This document shows, in pieces, positions 8,494 to 17,944 of a stretch of 20,792 nt of DNA. How positions within the stretch are numbered: position 1 is the stretch's first letter; every line of letters starts with the position of its first letter. The position numbers and the translations under genes are program-made. Source of the stretch: Candidatus Bruticola sp. (GTDB taxonomy: Bacteria > Vulcanimicrobiota > Xenobia > Xenobiales > Xenobiaceae); assembly GCA_051874735.1 (NCBI GenBank), contig JBJEGD010000001.1, positions 1 through 20,792 of the forward strand. The letters are read 5' to 3'. A model generated the notes under the pieces. The model was not told where the DNA came from, ran no database searches, and worked only from the letters and a program-made list of their open reading frames with translations.

Positions 8494-9132
8494 TTGATTT
8501 TTTTTATTAAATTTATTTTTGGTTTTGTTTCCATTTTGATAGGCTTTTCGGTTCACGAATTTGCCCATGCGGCCATGGCCTACCGCTTGGGTGATCCTAC
8601 ACAGAAATACGAAGGGCGTCTCACTTTGAATCCTTTGGTCCATATCGATTGGGTAGGAGCGGCGGCCCTTATGTTAAGTTTAATTCTGACTGGCGGACGG
8701 TGTATCGTAGGGTGGGGAAAACCTGTAGCCATCAATGCCGAATCTTTAAACGATCCCATCGCCGATGGCGGCGTCTGCTCTTTTGCCGGCCCTTTTGCTA
8801 ACTTTCTTTTAGCTTTGTGTGCCGGTTTGCCAGTGAAGTTCGGTCTTTTTGCCGCTCTGCCCATGGTAGCCTATTTCCTGACCGTTTTGGCTAGCGTTAA
8901 TATAGCTCTTTTTATTTTTAATATGATTCCTTTTCCGCCCTTAGACGGCTGGAAATTTTTGCAAGTTTTTGTGCCTCGCGATTTAGCTTATAAAATGCGC
9001 GATTGGGAAAGTAGCATAGGTTCCACGCCTATGTACATTTTTATGGCTGTAGTAGTAATTTTTGGTCCCAAATTTTTAGGCCCCATTTATATGGCCCTGC
9101 TCAATATGCTGGTCGGTCAGCTGCCTTCTTAA
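8494..9132 (+). CDS. Site-2 protease family (M50) intramembrane zinc metalloprotease
   Basis: HEFAH, LGDPT...GRLTLNPL, AGPFAN and NMIPFPPLDG motifs; hydrophobic helices; TTG start with GGAGGG 8 nt upstream. Confidence 0.92.
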   Translation: MIFFIKFIFGFVSILIGFSVHEFAHAAMAYRLGDPTQKYEGRLTLNPLVHIDWVGAAALMLSLILTGGRCIVGWGKPVAINAESLNDPIADGGVCSFAGPFANFLLALCAGLPVKFGLFAALPMVAYFLTVLASVNIALFIFNMIPFPPLDGWKFLQVFVPRDLAYKMRDWESSIGSTPMYIFMAVVVIFGPKFLGPIYMALLNMLVGQLPS

Positions 9133-9135
9133 TAT

Positions 9136-9909
9136 ATGCCGCTTATTAGCTATATAAATTCCGCTTACCGTGTCCAAATTGAGCAGTTTGAAGGGCCTCT
9201 CGATCTACTGCTCCATTTAGTTTGCGAAGCCAAACTCGATATTACTGAAATATCTTTGGCGGCGGTGGCCAACCAATATTTTCAATACTTAGAACACATG
9301 AAGAGCTTCAATATAGAAATTGAAAGCTCTTATTTATTAGTTTTTGCCCAGCTGCTTGAACTTAAGTCCCGTCTGCTGCTGCCAGACGAGGGGCGGGAAG
9401 AAGACGGCAGCTTGGAGGATCTTTCTGATATTCTCGATCAGCAGTCTGAAGATGATAACGAAGCGGACAGCGCTTCTTTAGTTAGAAGACTGAAATTATA
9501 CGCCATGGTGCGTCAAGGAGCTGATTGGCTCAGCCAGCGCGAGCGTATTTGCGCTTCCCGGTACGTGCGTCCTGCTTCCAATCGGGAGGCTGACAGTTTC
9601 GCTTGTGAATTGCAAGTTTCCCTAGAAGCTTTAACTTCAACTTTTCAGCGTTTAAGCAAAGCCGGACGCAGTGCAGGCCATCCTATTACTCTAAGTCGCG
9701 TTTCCGTTTCCGTGCCCGAACGTATCGCTCAGTTGGAGCGTCAATTAAAAAAACATCAAGTTTACAGTTTTTGGAAGTTGATAGGCCCGGGCCTGCACCA
9801 CCGCTCCGATATAGTAGTTACTTTTTTAGCCCTTCTGCAAATGGTTAAAGAAGGTAAATTACACGTTGAACAAGCCGGAGTCGCTTCCGATCTGCAAATA
9901 TATTTATAA
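9136..9909 (+). CDS. scpA: Segregation and condensation protein A (kleisin)
   Basis: FEGPLDLLLHL, LKSRLLLP and IVVTFLALLQMVK motifs; adjacent to scpB. Confidence 0.95.
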   Translation: MPLISYINSAYRVQIEQFEGPLDLLLHLVCEAKLDITEISLAAVANQYFQYLEHMKSFNIEIESSYLLVFAQLLELKSRLLLPDEGREEDGSLEDLSDILDQQSEDDNEADSASLVRRLKLYAMVRQGADWLSQRERICASRYVRPASNREADSFACELQVSLEALTSTFQRLSKAGRSAGHPITLSRVSVSVPERIAQLERQLKKHQVYSFWKLIGPGLHHRSDIVVTFLALLQMVKEGKLHVEQAGVASDLQIYL

Positions 9910-9915
9910 AATCAT

Positions 9916-10749
9916 ATGAGTGAATCTGCTGCTAATTTTAGTGATTATCCAACCTTGCCAGAACAAAAATATGCTGCTTCGCCCCGCTTTGAATTGGCTC
10001 ATCTGCAACCTGATCAGCGGCTGGCCATATTAGAAACTATTCTCTTTTTGGCGTCTGGCCCCTTAAAAATTGACGATATAAAAGAGGTAACCGGCTGGCC
10101 GGCTATTTTAATAGAGCAAGATCTGCTGTCTCTAGCCGATAGCTATGTAGGTAGGGGATTAGAATTGTGCCAAGCGGGCGGGGCCTGGCGTTTAACTACG
10201 GCCGCTTTTACTGCCCCTTGGGCTGAGCGTTTTTTGCGCTGTGAAAATAGGCGCCGCCTGTCTAAAGCTCAGTTGGAAACTTTAGCTATAGTAGCTTACC
10301 GTCAACCTGTAACGAGAGCAGAAATCGAGAGCTACCGAGGGGCGCGCAGCGATCGTCCGCTTAGTCAGTTAGAAGACTTAAATTTGATAAAATGCACCGG
10401 CCGTTCTTCAGTGCCTGGCCATCCTATTCAATATGGAACGACTGCCGATTTTTTGCGCTATTTCGGCTTAAATTCTTTGGCGGCGCTGCCGGAAATTTCT
10501 ATAGAAGCTGAACTTTTCAAGCGTTTGGCCGATCATCCCCTTAACTTAGAGAAAGTAGAAGAGGATGGGGCTTCCACTGCTAATAATCTGCCTGTAATTT
10601 CTGAAGAGCTGAGTTCGCAGAAATCAACCGCAGAGAGCGCCTCCGTCGCAGACAGAAACAACCAAACGCCTGTAAAACTTGATGGGCCCAGCGACGACTT
10701 ACTCAAGCTCTTTGCCAAAATAACTAAGAGACGCAGCCGCAGTAACTAA
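9916..10749 (+). CDS. scpB: Segregation and condensation protein B
   Basis: LETILF, LSKAQLETLAIVAYRQPVTRAEIE and YGTTADFLRYFGL motifs; low-complexity C-terminal extension. Confidence 0.95.
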   Translation: MSESAANFSDYPTLPEQKYAASPRFELAHLQPDQRLAILETILFLASGPLKIDDIKEVTGWPAILIEQDLLSLADSYVGRGLELCQAGGAWRLTTAAFTAPWAERFLRCENRRRLSKAQLETLAIVAYRQPVTRAEIESYRGARSDRPLSQLEDLNLIKCTGRSSVPGHPIQYGTTADFLRYFGLNSLAALPEISIEAELFKRLADHPLNLEKVEEDGASTANNLPVISEELSSQKSTAESASVADRNNQTPVKLDGPSDDLLKLFAKITKRRSRSN

Positions 10750-10757
10750 ATAGCAGT

Positions 10758-10803
10758 CGAAAAAAAAGCCCCACGCTATTTGTTGAACGGAGGCTTTTTT
10801 TCG
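10758..10803. terminator. Bidirectional intrinsic terminator after scpB
   Basis: CG-A8-GCC...GGC-T7-CG inverted repeat between convergent genes. Confidence 0.8.
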
Positions 10804-10874
10804 TTTTTAGAGAGCAGGCGCCACCTGCACTTAAAGGAGTATCTTCCTTTCAAATAGGTTATTTAAACTGAATA

Positions 10875-11723
10875 TTAGGTGGCTATATGGCCTTGAGCAG
10901 CTGCAGTATTGAGCAAATGAGCACTTTCAGCCTCTCTAGCTTCAGCGCTTTGCTCCAGGGAGGCGGACATGTTGTTGTATTCTCCCTCAGTCCAACGCAA
11001 ACGAGCCGCTTCGGCACGCTCTTGGCGGGCAATATTTATCTGTTCGGTGGCCAATTTTTCATTATGATCGGCCATTTGACGCAGTCTTTTAGCTTCAGCC
11101 AGATCTTGAGCTGGGTCGCCCTGGTAATTTTCAATTTCTTTAGTCCAGATGTTGGCTTCCTTAAGGTAGGCGTCAGCCATATCCATCTCAAAATTGCCCA
11201 GGCTGTCGAAGGCCAGTCCCATCACGTAGGAGTAGGGATTCCACAATATAGCCGCCCCTCTGGCGATTTTCGTATCTCCCAAATTACCCAATTCTTTGGC
11301 GCGCTGTTGACAGTTATTGACTACCTGCTTGGCATAGTTGAAGCGGTTCGCTTTGTATTCCAGCTGTTCGGCTTTAGCTCTAAGTTGCTCGGCAACCTGC
11401 TGACCGCGAGCCGAAGCCGCTTCGCGGTTAGCAGCGGATCGCTCTAGGCGATCTGCCTCCTGAGTTGAGGAAGGAGCTTCGCAATCTCCGCATTTGGCGG
11501 ACACCGAACCTGCAGTTCTGCTGGCCTGGTTATTGGTTAAGCCACGCATTTTAGCTAAACCAGCGCTTAAATCGGCAGCGGAATCTGGGGAAGCTTGGGT
11601 GAAAGAATCCGCAGCTGAGGAAGATTGAGGCTCCGAACTGACCGGCTGAGCTGAGGTTGTGCCGGGAGCAGAAGCGCCTACATATGTTAGACCGCTCATA
11701 GCGGCTGGATTTATACTGTTCAC
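10875..11723 (-). CDS. Hypothetical Ala/Gln/Glu-rich coiled-coil protein with disordered Ser/Ala/Pro N-terminus
   Basis: 282-aa ORF with a GTG start and AGGAG RBS; heptad-like helical composition and one central hydrophobic segment. Confidence 0.75.
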   Translation of the reverse strand: MNSINPAAMSGLTYVGASAPGTTSAQPVSSEPQSSSAADSFTQASPDSAADLSAGLAKMRGLTNNQASRTAGSVSAKCGDCEAPSSTQEADRLERSAANREAASARGQQVAEQLRAKAEQLEYKANRFNYAKQVVNNCQQRAKELGNLGDTKIARGAAILWNPYSYVMGLAFDSLGNFEMDMADAYLKEANIWTKEIENYQGDPAQDLAEAKRLRQMADHNEKLATEQINIARQERAEAARLRWTEGEYNNMSASLEQSAEAREAESAHLLNTAAAQGHIAT

Positions 11724-11838
11724 ACTAAACTCCTAAAAGCTGAAGAAAGATAACTCCCTAATCTTACTGCACATAATAACACAATTAAGTGATTAAAGTT
11801 CATGTACTTAGTAATTAAAAAGTTATATCAGCTAAAAG

Positions 11839-13071
11839 TTAACTTTTTTCAAAAAATTTCTGTAGATCTTGGAAGCGTTCACGCAGCAGATCCATATCAG
11901 ACATTAAAGAAAGAGTCATATGCTGTCTGGCTTTGAGAAAATCGTGGGCCATAACGTAGACTTGGGCCAATCCATAGTGGGCTTCTGGGAGCTTCTCAAA
12001 AAATGTTAAGGCTAAACTCCAAGCTTCTTTAGCCTTGCGGTACTCTTTGAGCAGCAGTGCGGTTCTGGCTATATAATGGAGAGTGTAGGCATTCTCTTTA
12101 TTTTCCTGTAGAGCATTTTGAAAATAAACAGCTGCTTGACGCAAATTTTCGACCTCTTCTGAGCTTATTCTGTTGCCGACTTTATGGCTGAACTCCAGAC
12201 AGCCTAGGTAGGCTTCGCCCAAATCGTAAGCCAGCTGAATAATTAGCGGGTTCTTATTGTAAGCTTCCTGAAGTTCTTGTTTAGCTATTTTTAGTTCCGC
12301 TAATCTGCGCTCTGGCTCTAAGTTCCAGCATTTTTGCAGACGGCGGCTTCCTTTAGCCGCCAGAGAAGAAGCTTCGTTAGGAATGGTGCTGTCTAAAAAA
12401 GATTTAATTTTGGAGTTGCGAACTTCAGCGGGTTGAGCTGAAGAAGTTTTTTCAGCTGGGCTTTGGGGTTCTGCTTCTTCAACTTGGCTATTTTCCGAAT
12501 GATCAGCTTCGCTGTGAGGGCTGTTAACAGGAGCTTCATAAAACGGAGTTTCCCAATCGTCGGTTATTTCCGGAAGCTCTCTGGGCATTATATATTCCTC
12601 TATAGATACGGCCAACCGGGTCAGTACCGGAGGAGATACACTCAAATCAAAGTTGCCTTTTTCAGGAAAGATAATTTTCAGCACTTCTTTCAGCTGCCCC
12701 TGACGAAGGTACAGCAGAGCCTGAGCGGTAGGAGCGGCCTGGTTGGCGGGGCAGAGCTCATGAAGCTTGTTAAGGAAAGTTTGAGCTTGGTCAAATTCAT
12801 CAGAGTCTATACAGGCTAGAGCGGCAAACAGAGGCACTGACGGATTGCTAGAGTCAGCTTGAGAGGCTCGTGCGAAAGTTTGAGAAGCCGACGGAGCGTC
12901 GCCCGCTTCTAAGTAGGCCAAACCTATTTGGATATAATCTCGGCAGGAATGAGCCTCCTCTAGAGCTTGGCCTAGCAGGTTAAGCGCTTTTTTTATATTC
13001 TCTTCTGGGCAAGGAGGAGTGACGCGTACAGCACTAAAGGCCTGATCGGCTAATCGCATCGCTTGGGACAT
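11839..13071 (-). CDS. Tetratricopeptide repeat protein
   Basis: TPR-like helical units (IGLAYLEAGDAPSA, AYDLGEAYL, PEAHYGLAQVY) in two blocks separated by an acidic linker. Confidence 0.8.
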   Translation of the reverse strand: MSQAMRLADQAFSAVRVTPPCPEENIKKALNLLGQALEEAHSCRDYIQIGLAYLEAGDAPSASQTFARASQADSSNPSVPLFAALACIDSDEFDQAQTFLNKLHELCPANQAAPTAQALLYLRQGQLKEVLKIIFPEKGNFDLSVSPPVLTRLAVSIEEYIMPRELPEITDDWETPFYEAPVNSPHSEADHSENSQVEEAEPQSPAEKTSSAQPAEVRNSKIKSFLDSTIPNEASSLAAKGSRRLQKCWNLEPERRLAELKIAKQELQEAYNKNPLIIQLAYDLGEAYLGCLEFSHKVGNRISSEEVENLRQAAVYFQNALQENKENAYTLHYIARTALLLKEYRKAKEAWSLALTFFEKLPEAHYGLAQVYVMAHDFLKARQHMTLSLMSDMDLLRERFQDLQKFFEKS

Positions 13072-13168
13072 GATGAAAAAAAACTCCGCGGTAAAAAGTT
13101 GCCCGTGCTTTCGTCTAAAAAATAAGGCGCCCCTGCTTTATATTGTTTGATAAGTTGAGGTAAGAGGA

Positions 13169-15382
13169 ATGAATGCTTTAATTATAGCTAATAAGGCCAG
13201 GCGGCTGTTGTGGATAGTGCCGATTCTGTGGCTGCTTGTAAATATAATTAATTATGAAGCGCAGGCTTGGCCCGGAAATCCTTCATCTTCGGCTAATAAA
13301 CTGCACAGTAAAGTAAAACTTATTTTCTCAACTCATAAACTGCAGCCCAATCAGGAATTTTACGCCGGAGTGTTTTTTGACGTTCCCGCTGGCAGCCATA
13401 TCGGTTGGGTAAACGGCGGAGAAAACGGGTTGCCTACTTCAGTAAAATGGAATTTGCCCGACGGTTTTATACTGCGGCAGACTCTTTGGCCTGCGCCTCG
13501 TCTGCTGAATTTTATGGGGGAGAAGGTTTGGGGTTGTGAAGGACAAGTTTTAATCATCGGCCATTTTCAAGCGCCGCCTCAGCTGGTGCCAGGACGCAAA
13601 TTCCCGATCGGCGCCGAGGTAAGTTGGCTGGATTGTAATGAAAAAGGATGTCAGCCTGGCAGTCAAAATTTATCCGCCTTTTTAGAGTTTGGAGCTGAAG
13701 CCAGCCAAGAAGTTTCCTCAGTTGAAGCTAAACTTTTAGCTAAGGAACTGTCTAAACAGATACCTGCCAATTTAGTGAGCGGTCAGGCCTGGAAAGAACC
13801 GGGCCAACTCCATTTGCAGTTTAAATGGAAGTCCTCGGCCCAAGTGCAGGAGGGAACTATTTGGAATTTTTATCCTTTTCAAGGCTCTGAATTTGACCTT
13901 AACCAAAAGCCAGTGGGAAGATGGATAACTGCAGATACGTTCCGTTTAGATATACCTCTGCGTTCTGAGCCATCGGCCCGTTCATCATTGCCACTGCAAG
14001 AACTTTCGAACAAAGTTGAAGGAATTTTGGCGGAACAGTCTAGCGGACGTTATGTTGGCTTGAATTTAAATATCGACAGTCAAGCCCCCGCTGAGGCCGA
14101 TGTTGAGTCTGCCGCTTCTAAGATTGGCAGAATCTCAGACGTAGCTGTTGCTCCTTTAAATTTTACTAACTTTGTTGTATATACTATGTCCGCTTTTGTT
14201 GGCGGCATAATTCTTAATTTTATGCCTTGTGTCTTCCCTGTACTTTCTTTGAAAGTTTTTAATTTTATTGAGCAGGCAGGTCAGGGGGAAAACAGGCGGG
14301 CTCACAGTCTCAAAGCGGCGCTGTGGTTTTCGGTAGGTATTTTACTCAGTTTCTGGTTAGTGGCAGCTGTTATTATAATTCTCAAGCTGGGAGGACAGGA
14401 ATTGGGGTGGGGCTTCCAAATGCAATACCCTGCTTTTGTTGCCTTTTTAACGCTGTTATTCTTCGTAATAGCTTTGAATTTGTGGGGCGTTTTTGAATTC
14501 GGATTAGGTTTCACCCGCTTGGGCAATTTGGAAAAAAATGAGCCTAAAGTTGTAAATTCAATTTTGAGCGGAGCTCTTACCGTTATCGCCGCCGCTCCCT
14601 GTACAGCACCTTTTATGGGATCAGCTTTAGGTTTTTCTTTTGCTTCTCCTATTTACGTATCGGCAGTTATTTTCACCGCTTTGGCGGCTGGTATGGCTCT
14701 GCCTTACGCTATTTTGGCTTCTTGGCCGTCGTTAATCGAGCGTTTGCCTAGGCCGGGACGCTGGATGGACAGTTTGAAGCAGTTGCTGGCTTTCCCCTTA
14801 GCTTTTACTTGTATATACTTCCTTTGGATTTTTGCCGGCCAAGCTGGACGCAGCGGGGCTGCTCTGTTGGCTGCAGCTCTAGTATGGGCTGCTCTGTCAG
14901 CCTGGATTTACGGACGCTTTATAGTCAGCAGCCCGCGCTTAGCTGTAGCGTTTTCTTCGGCAGCTACTTTGTTGGCTTTGCTGACTGCCGGTCTAGCCTG
15001 TTGGCAAAAAGAGGCAGCTGCCGCAGTTGCTGATAGCGCCTACGGAGCTGAAGCCGTTTGGTCTGAACGGGCTGTAGCTGAAGCCCTAGCCCGGAAGCAG
15101 CCTGTTTTTATCGATTTTGGAGCCGATTGGTGTTTAACTTGTCAATTTAATGAAAAAAATGTGCTCTCTAGCCATGAAGTGCGCCGTCTTTTTGAAGCTA
15201 AAAAGGTTCTCTTCCTAAAAGCTGATTGGACTAACCGCAACGATGAAATTACTAAAGCTTTGCGCCAGTACGGCCGCACAGGCGTCCCACTTTATGTGTA
15301 CTACAATCCAAATAGGCAGGACGAACCAATTATACTTCCGGAAATTTTAACCTTAGATATTTTGCAATCGCATATAAAGTAA
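13169..15382 (+). CDS. dsbD: Thiol:disulfide interchange protein, DsbD family
   Basis: Signal peptide; N-terminal domain with CNEKGC; membrane domain with ILNFMPCVFP and APCTAPFMG; C-terminal thioredoxin domain ADWCLTC. Confidence 0.9.
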   Translation: MNALIIANKARRLLWIVPILWLLVNIINYEAQAWPGNPSSSANKLHSKVKLIFSTHKLQPNQEFYAGVFFDVPAGSHIGWVNGGENGLPTSVKWNLPDGFILRQTLWPAPRLLNFMGEKVWGCEGQVLIIGHFQAPPQLVPGRKFPIGAEVSWLDCNEKGCQPGSQNLSAFLEFGAEASQEVSSVEAKLLAKELSKQIPANLVSGQAWKEPGQLHLQFKWKSSAQVQEGTIWNFYPFQGSEFDLNQKPVGRWITADTFRLDIPLRSEPSARSSLPLQELSNKVEGILAEQSSGRYVGLNLNIDSQAPAEADVESAASKIGRISDVAVAPLNFTNFVVYTMSAFVGGIILNFMPCVFPVLSLKVFNFIEQAGQGENRRAHSLKAALWFSVGILLSFWLVAAVIIILKLGGQELGWGFQMQYPAFVAFLTLLFFVIALNLWGVFEFGLGFTRLGNLEKNEPKVVNSILSGALTVIAAAPCTAPFMGSALGFSFASPIYVSAVIFTALAAGMALPYAILASWPSLIERLPRPGRWMDSLKQLLAFPLAFTCIYFLWIFAGQAGRSGAALLAAALVWAALSAWIYGRFIVSSPRLAVAFSSAATLLALLTAGLACWQKEAAAAVADSAYGAEAVWSERAVAEALARKQPVFIDFGADWCLTCQFNEKNVLSSHEVRRLFEAKKVLFLKADWTNRNDEITKALRQYGRTGVPLYVYYNPNRQDEPIILPEILTLDILQSHIK

Positions 15383-15403
15383 ACAAATTTGGGAGGTTTT
15401 ATT

Positions 15404-15787
15404 ATGAAAATAAAAACGCATTTAGGTATTGATAACCTGCTGTGCGGCCGGGCTACCGAGCTGTCCCCAGGCCATGCCGTAGTCGAGTTGCTGTTAACTC
15501 CTTCTATGAGTGCTGATGAGATCGGTTTAGTTCATGGCGGTTTCATTTTCGGTCTGGCTGATTATGCGGCTATGCTGGCTGTTAATGATCCTAATGTTGT
15601 TTTAGGTGCTGCCGAAACGCGTTTTTTAAAGCCGTGCCAAGTGGGTCAGACTATAAGGGCTGAAGCTGCATTGACGACTACTGCGGGACGCAAGCGCACA
15701 GTTGAAGTCGTTTGCTTTTACAACGCAACTGAAGTTTTTAAGGGCAACTTTACTTGTTTTGTCTTAGATAAGCATGTTTTAGATTAA
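15404..15787 (+). CDS. PaaI / hotdog-fold thioesterase
   Basis: GLVHGGFIFGLADYAAMLAVN motif; ATG 15404 follows a GGGAGG RBS and is preferred over TTG 15389. Confidence 0.88.
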   Translation: MKIKTHLGIDNLLCGRATELSPGHAVVELLLTPSMSADEIGLVHGGFIFGLADYAAMLAVNDPNVVLGAAETRFLKPCQVGQTIRAEAALTTTAGRKRTVEVVCFYNATEVFKGNFTCFVLDKHVLD

Positions 15788-15871
15788 ATTAACCTATTAT
15801 ACTATCATATAATGAGCTGCTTTGTCAGCTTCTAGCAGATTTAACTTAATTTATTATGTGTAGGTACGAAT

Positions 15872-17842
15872 ATGACGGTAAACAATCATCAAGAGGAAAT
15901 ATTGCCTAATTGGGATCTTTATGACCTTTATAGCAGCGAAAGCGATCCTAAACTGGAAGCCGATCTGCGCTCCGGTGAAGATATGGCTAAAGCGTTCATT
16001 GAAAAGTGGCGCAGCTTGTTAATTTCTGGCCAGTATACGGCTGAGCAGCTGGCTCAAGCTTTGAACGATTACGAGCAGATTAATGTGCTGCTTTCGCTGC
16101 CTTCGGCGTATGCTGATTTGCGTTTTTCTGTAGAAAGTCAAAATGAAACTGTGGGGGCTCTGAAGCAGCGCTGCACGGAAAAAATTAGCTCTATTTTTGC
16201 TGAACTGCTATTCTTCGAATTAGAGTTAGGCAAGATAGAAGATCATCGTTGGGATGAGTTAAAAAATGCTGAAGTCTTAGCCCAGTATCGACACTTTATT
16301 GAGGAATTGCGGCGCAGTCACCAGCATACTTTAAGTGAAGCTGAAGAGAAAATTTTGGAACAGACCGCTGCCGGCGGTTGTCGCGCTTTCCGCCGTCTTT
16401 TCGGAGAACTTATCTCTCGTTTAGTTTTTCCTATAGAAATTGACGGCCAGCAGCGGTCTCTCACTCAGAGTGAACTCCTGGCGCTTTTCCACGATCCCGA
16501 TCGCAAGGTGCGCCGCCAGGCTGCTAAAGTTCTATCTGAAGTTTTGCAGGCTAACGCTCACCCTATTCATTTTACCTACAATACATTACTACTGGACAAA
16601 CTTATTAAAGACAAGCTGCGCGGTTTTGCTACTCCTGAGAGCAGCCGCAACTTAGATAACGAACTCAGCGATAGTACAGTAAATATGGTCATTGAGGTGG
16701 TTAAAGCTAATTACCATATAGTAGCTGAATACTACCGCTTAAAGGCTGATTATTTAAATTTACCTCAGCTCTACCATTATGACCGTTATGCTCCCTTGGG
16801 CCAAACTGATGAGATAGTCTCTTACAAAAAAGCTGAGCAGATAGTTTTAGAGTCGTTCGGAGAATTCGACCCTAAGTTTAAAGAGATGGCTCAGAGGTTC
16901 TTTGATGGCAACTGGATTGATGCTAAAGTTTGCAGCGGCAAACGCGGGGGGGCTTTCTGCGCCGGTATTGTGCCTAAAATTCATCCTTATATAATGTTGA
17001 ATTTTACTGGTCGTTTGCGCGATGTACAAACTATGGCTCACGAACTGGGCCACGGACTGCACGACTTGCTGGCTTCTAAGCAGAACTTATTTAACTTCCA
17101 CCCGGTATTGCCTTTAGCGGAAACGGCTAGCACTTTCGCCGAAATGATAGTGTTTGAGAAGCTTTTCAGCAACTTAAGTAAAACGGAAGATAAACTGATA
17201 TTACTAGCTTCTAAAATTGAAGATACTTTTGCTACTGTGTTCCGTCAAGTATCTATGTATACTTTTGAACAGCGTGTCTTTGCAGCTAGAGCTCAGGAAG
17301 GTGAGCTTTCTTTAGAAAGAATCAACGAAATTTGGCAGCAGTCTATAGGGGAAATGTTCGGCGATTCCCTCTACTTAGGGGAAGACCATGCTATAACCTG
17401 GCTTTATGTTCCTCATTTTGTATATACACCTTTTTATGTATATGCTTACGCTTTTGGAGAATTGCTAGTTTACAGTCTCTTTGCTCGCTATCATCGCGAA
17501 GGAGAAGCGTTTAAAGCAAAATATCTGAAGTTCTTAGCTTCTGGAGGTTGCAAGACGCCTAGAGAACTTTTAGCGGAATTAGATATTGATATTGACAATC
17601 GTCAATTTTGGCAGGATGGCTGCGATCTGATTGCTGCCAATGTAGAAAAAGCCAGAGCTTTAATAGATGAGTTAAAAGGTAGAACTGAACTGAACAAGTC
17701 GGCAGATGATAATATTGCCCCTGACGTCTGTGGCGAGGATGGCGTTTGGGACAGCGGTCGCGGTTGGGGAGACGGCGATGAGGACGGCTGGGACGGCCAA
17801 GGAGAGGACGAAATAATCGATCCTAGCGAGCGTGGCTTTTAA
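15872..17842 (+). CDS. pepF: M3B family oligoendopeptidase F
   Basis: WDLYDLY N-terminus, GKRGGAFC, HPYIMLN, zinc motif HELGH, LAETAS and PFYVYAYAFG; acidic C-terminal tail. Confidence 0.92.
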   Translation: MTVNNHQEEILPNWDLYDLYSSESDPKLEADLRSGEDMAKAFIEKWRSLLISGQYTAEQLAQALNDYEQINVLLSLPSAYADLRFSVESQNETVGALKQRCTEKISSIFAELLFFELELGKIEDHRWDELKNAEVLAQYRHFIEELRRSHQHTLSEAEEKILEQTAAGGCRAFRRLFGELISRLVFPIEIDGQQRSLTQSELLALFHDPDRKVRRQAAKVLSEVLQANAHPIHFTYNTLLLDKLIKDKLRGFATPESSRNLDNELSDSTVNMVIEVVKANYHIVAEYYRLKADYLNLPQLYHYDRYAPLGQTDEIVSYKKAEQIVLESFGEFDPKFKEMAQRFFDGNWIDAKVCSGKRGGAFCAGIVPKIHPYIMLNFTGRLRDVQTMAHELGHGLHDLLASKQNLFNFHPVLPLAETASTFAEMIVFEKLFSNLSKTEDKLILLASKIEDTFATVFRQVSMYTFEQRVFAARAQEGELSLERINEIWQQSIGEMFGDSLYLGEDHAITWLYVPHFVYTPFYVYAYAFGELLVYSLFARYHREGEAFKAKYLKFLASGGCKTPRELLAELDIDIDNRQFWQDGCDLIAANVEKARALIDELKGRTELNKSADDNIAPDVCGEDGVWDSGRGWGDGDEDGWDGQGEDEIIDPSERGF

Positions 17843-17871
17843 AAAAAAGTCGTTTAGACCGTAAAAAATAT

Positions 17872-17921
17872 TAAGGTCCCGCCTTCAGCTCTTGTAGGTT
17901 GAGGCGGGACCTTACTTTTTT
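17872..17921. terminator. Bidirectional intrinsic terminator between pepF and metG
   Basis: 13-bp stem TAAGGTCCCGCCT (17872-17884) / AGGCGGGACCTTA (17902-17914), with a T-run after and an A-run before. Confidence 0.88.
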
Positions 17922-17944
17922 CTTAGTGAGGCAGCAATTAAGCT

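Noticed and set aside
8325-8534. 69-aa minus-strand ORF across the structured intergenic region
   Set aside because: Overlaps the M50 gene start antisense and has no recognisable features; RNA structure explains the region better.
9136-10749. scpA-scpB as part of a Wadjet/MksBEF defence system, or as anomalous for lacking smc
   Set aside because: Sequences are canonical ScpA/ScpB, smc is commonly encoded elsewhere, and linkage to an M50 protease gene is a familiar housekeeping arrangement.
10887-11447. 186-aa plus-strand ORF and other overlapping short ORFs in the track (e.g. 4899-5465, 250-615, 12463-12819)
   Set aside because: Antisense or off-frame shadows of better-supported genes, with no recognisable motifs.
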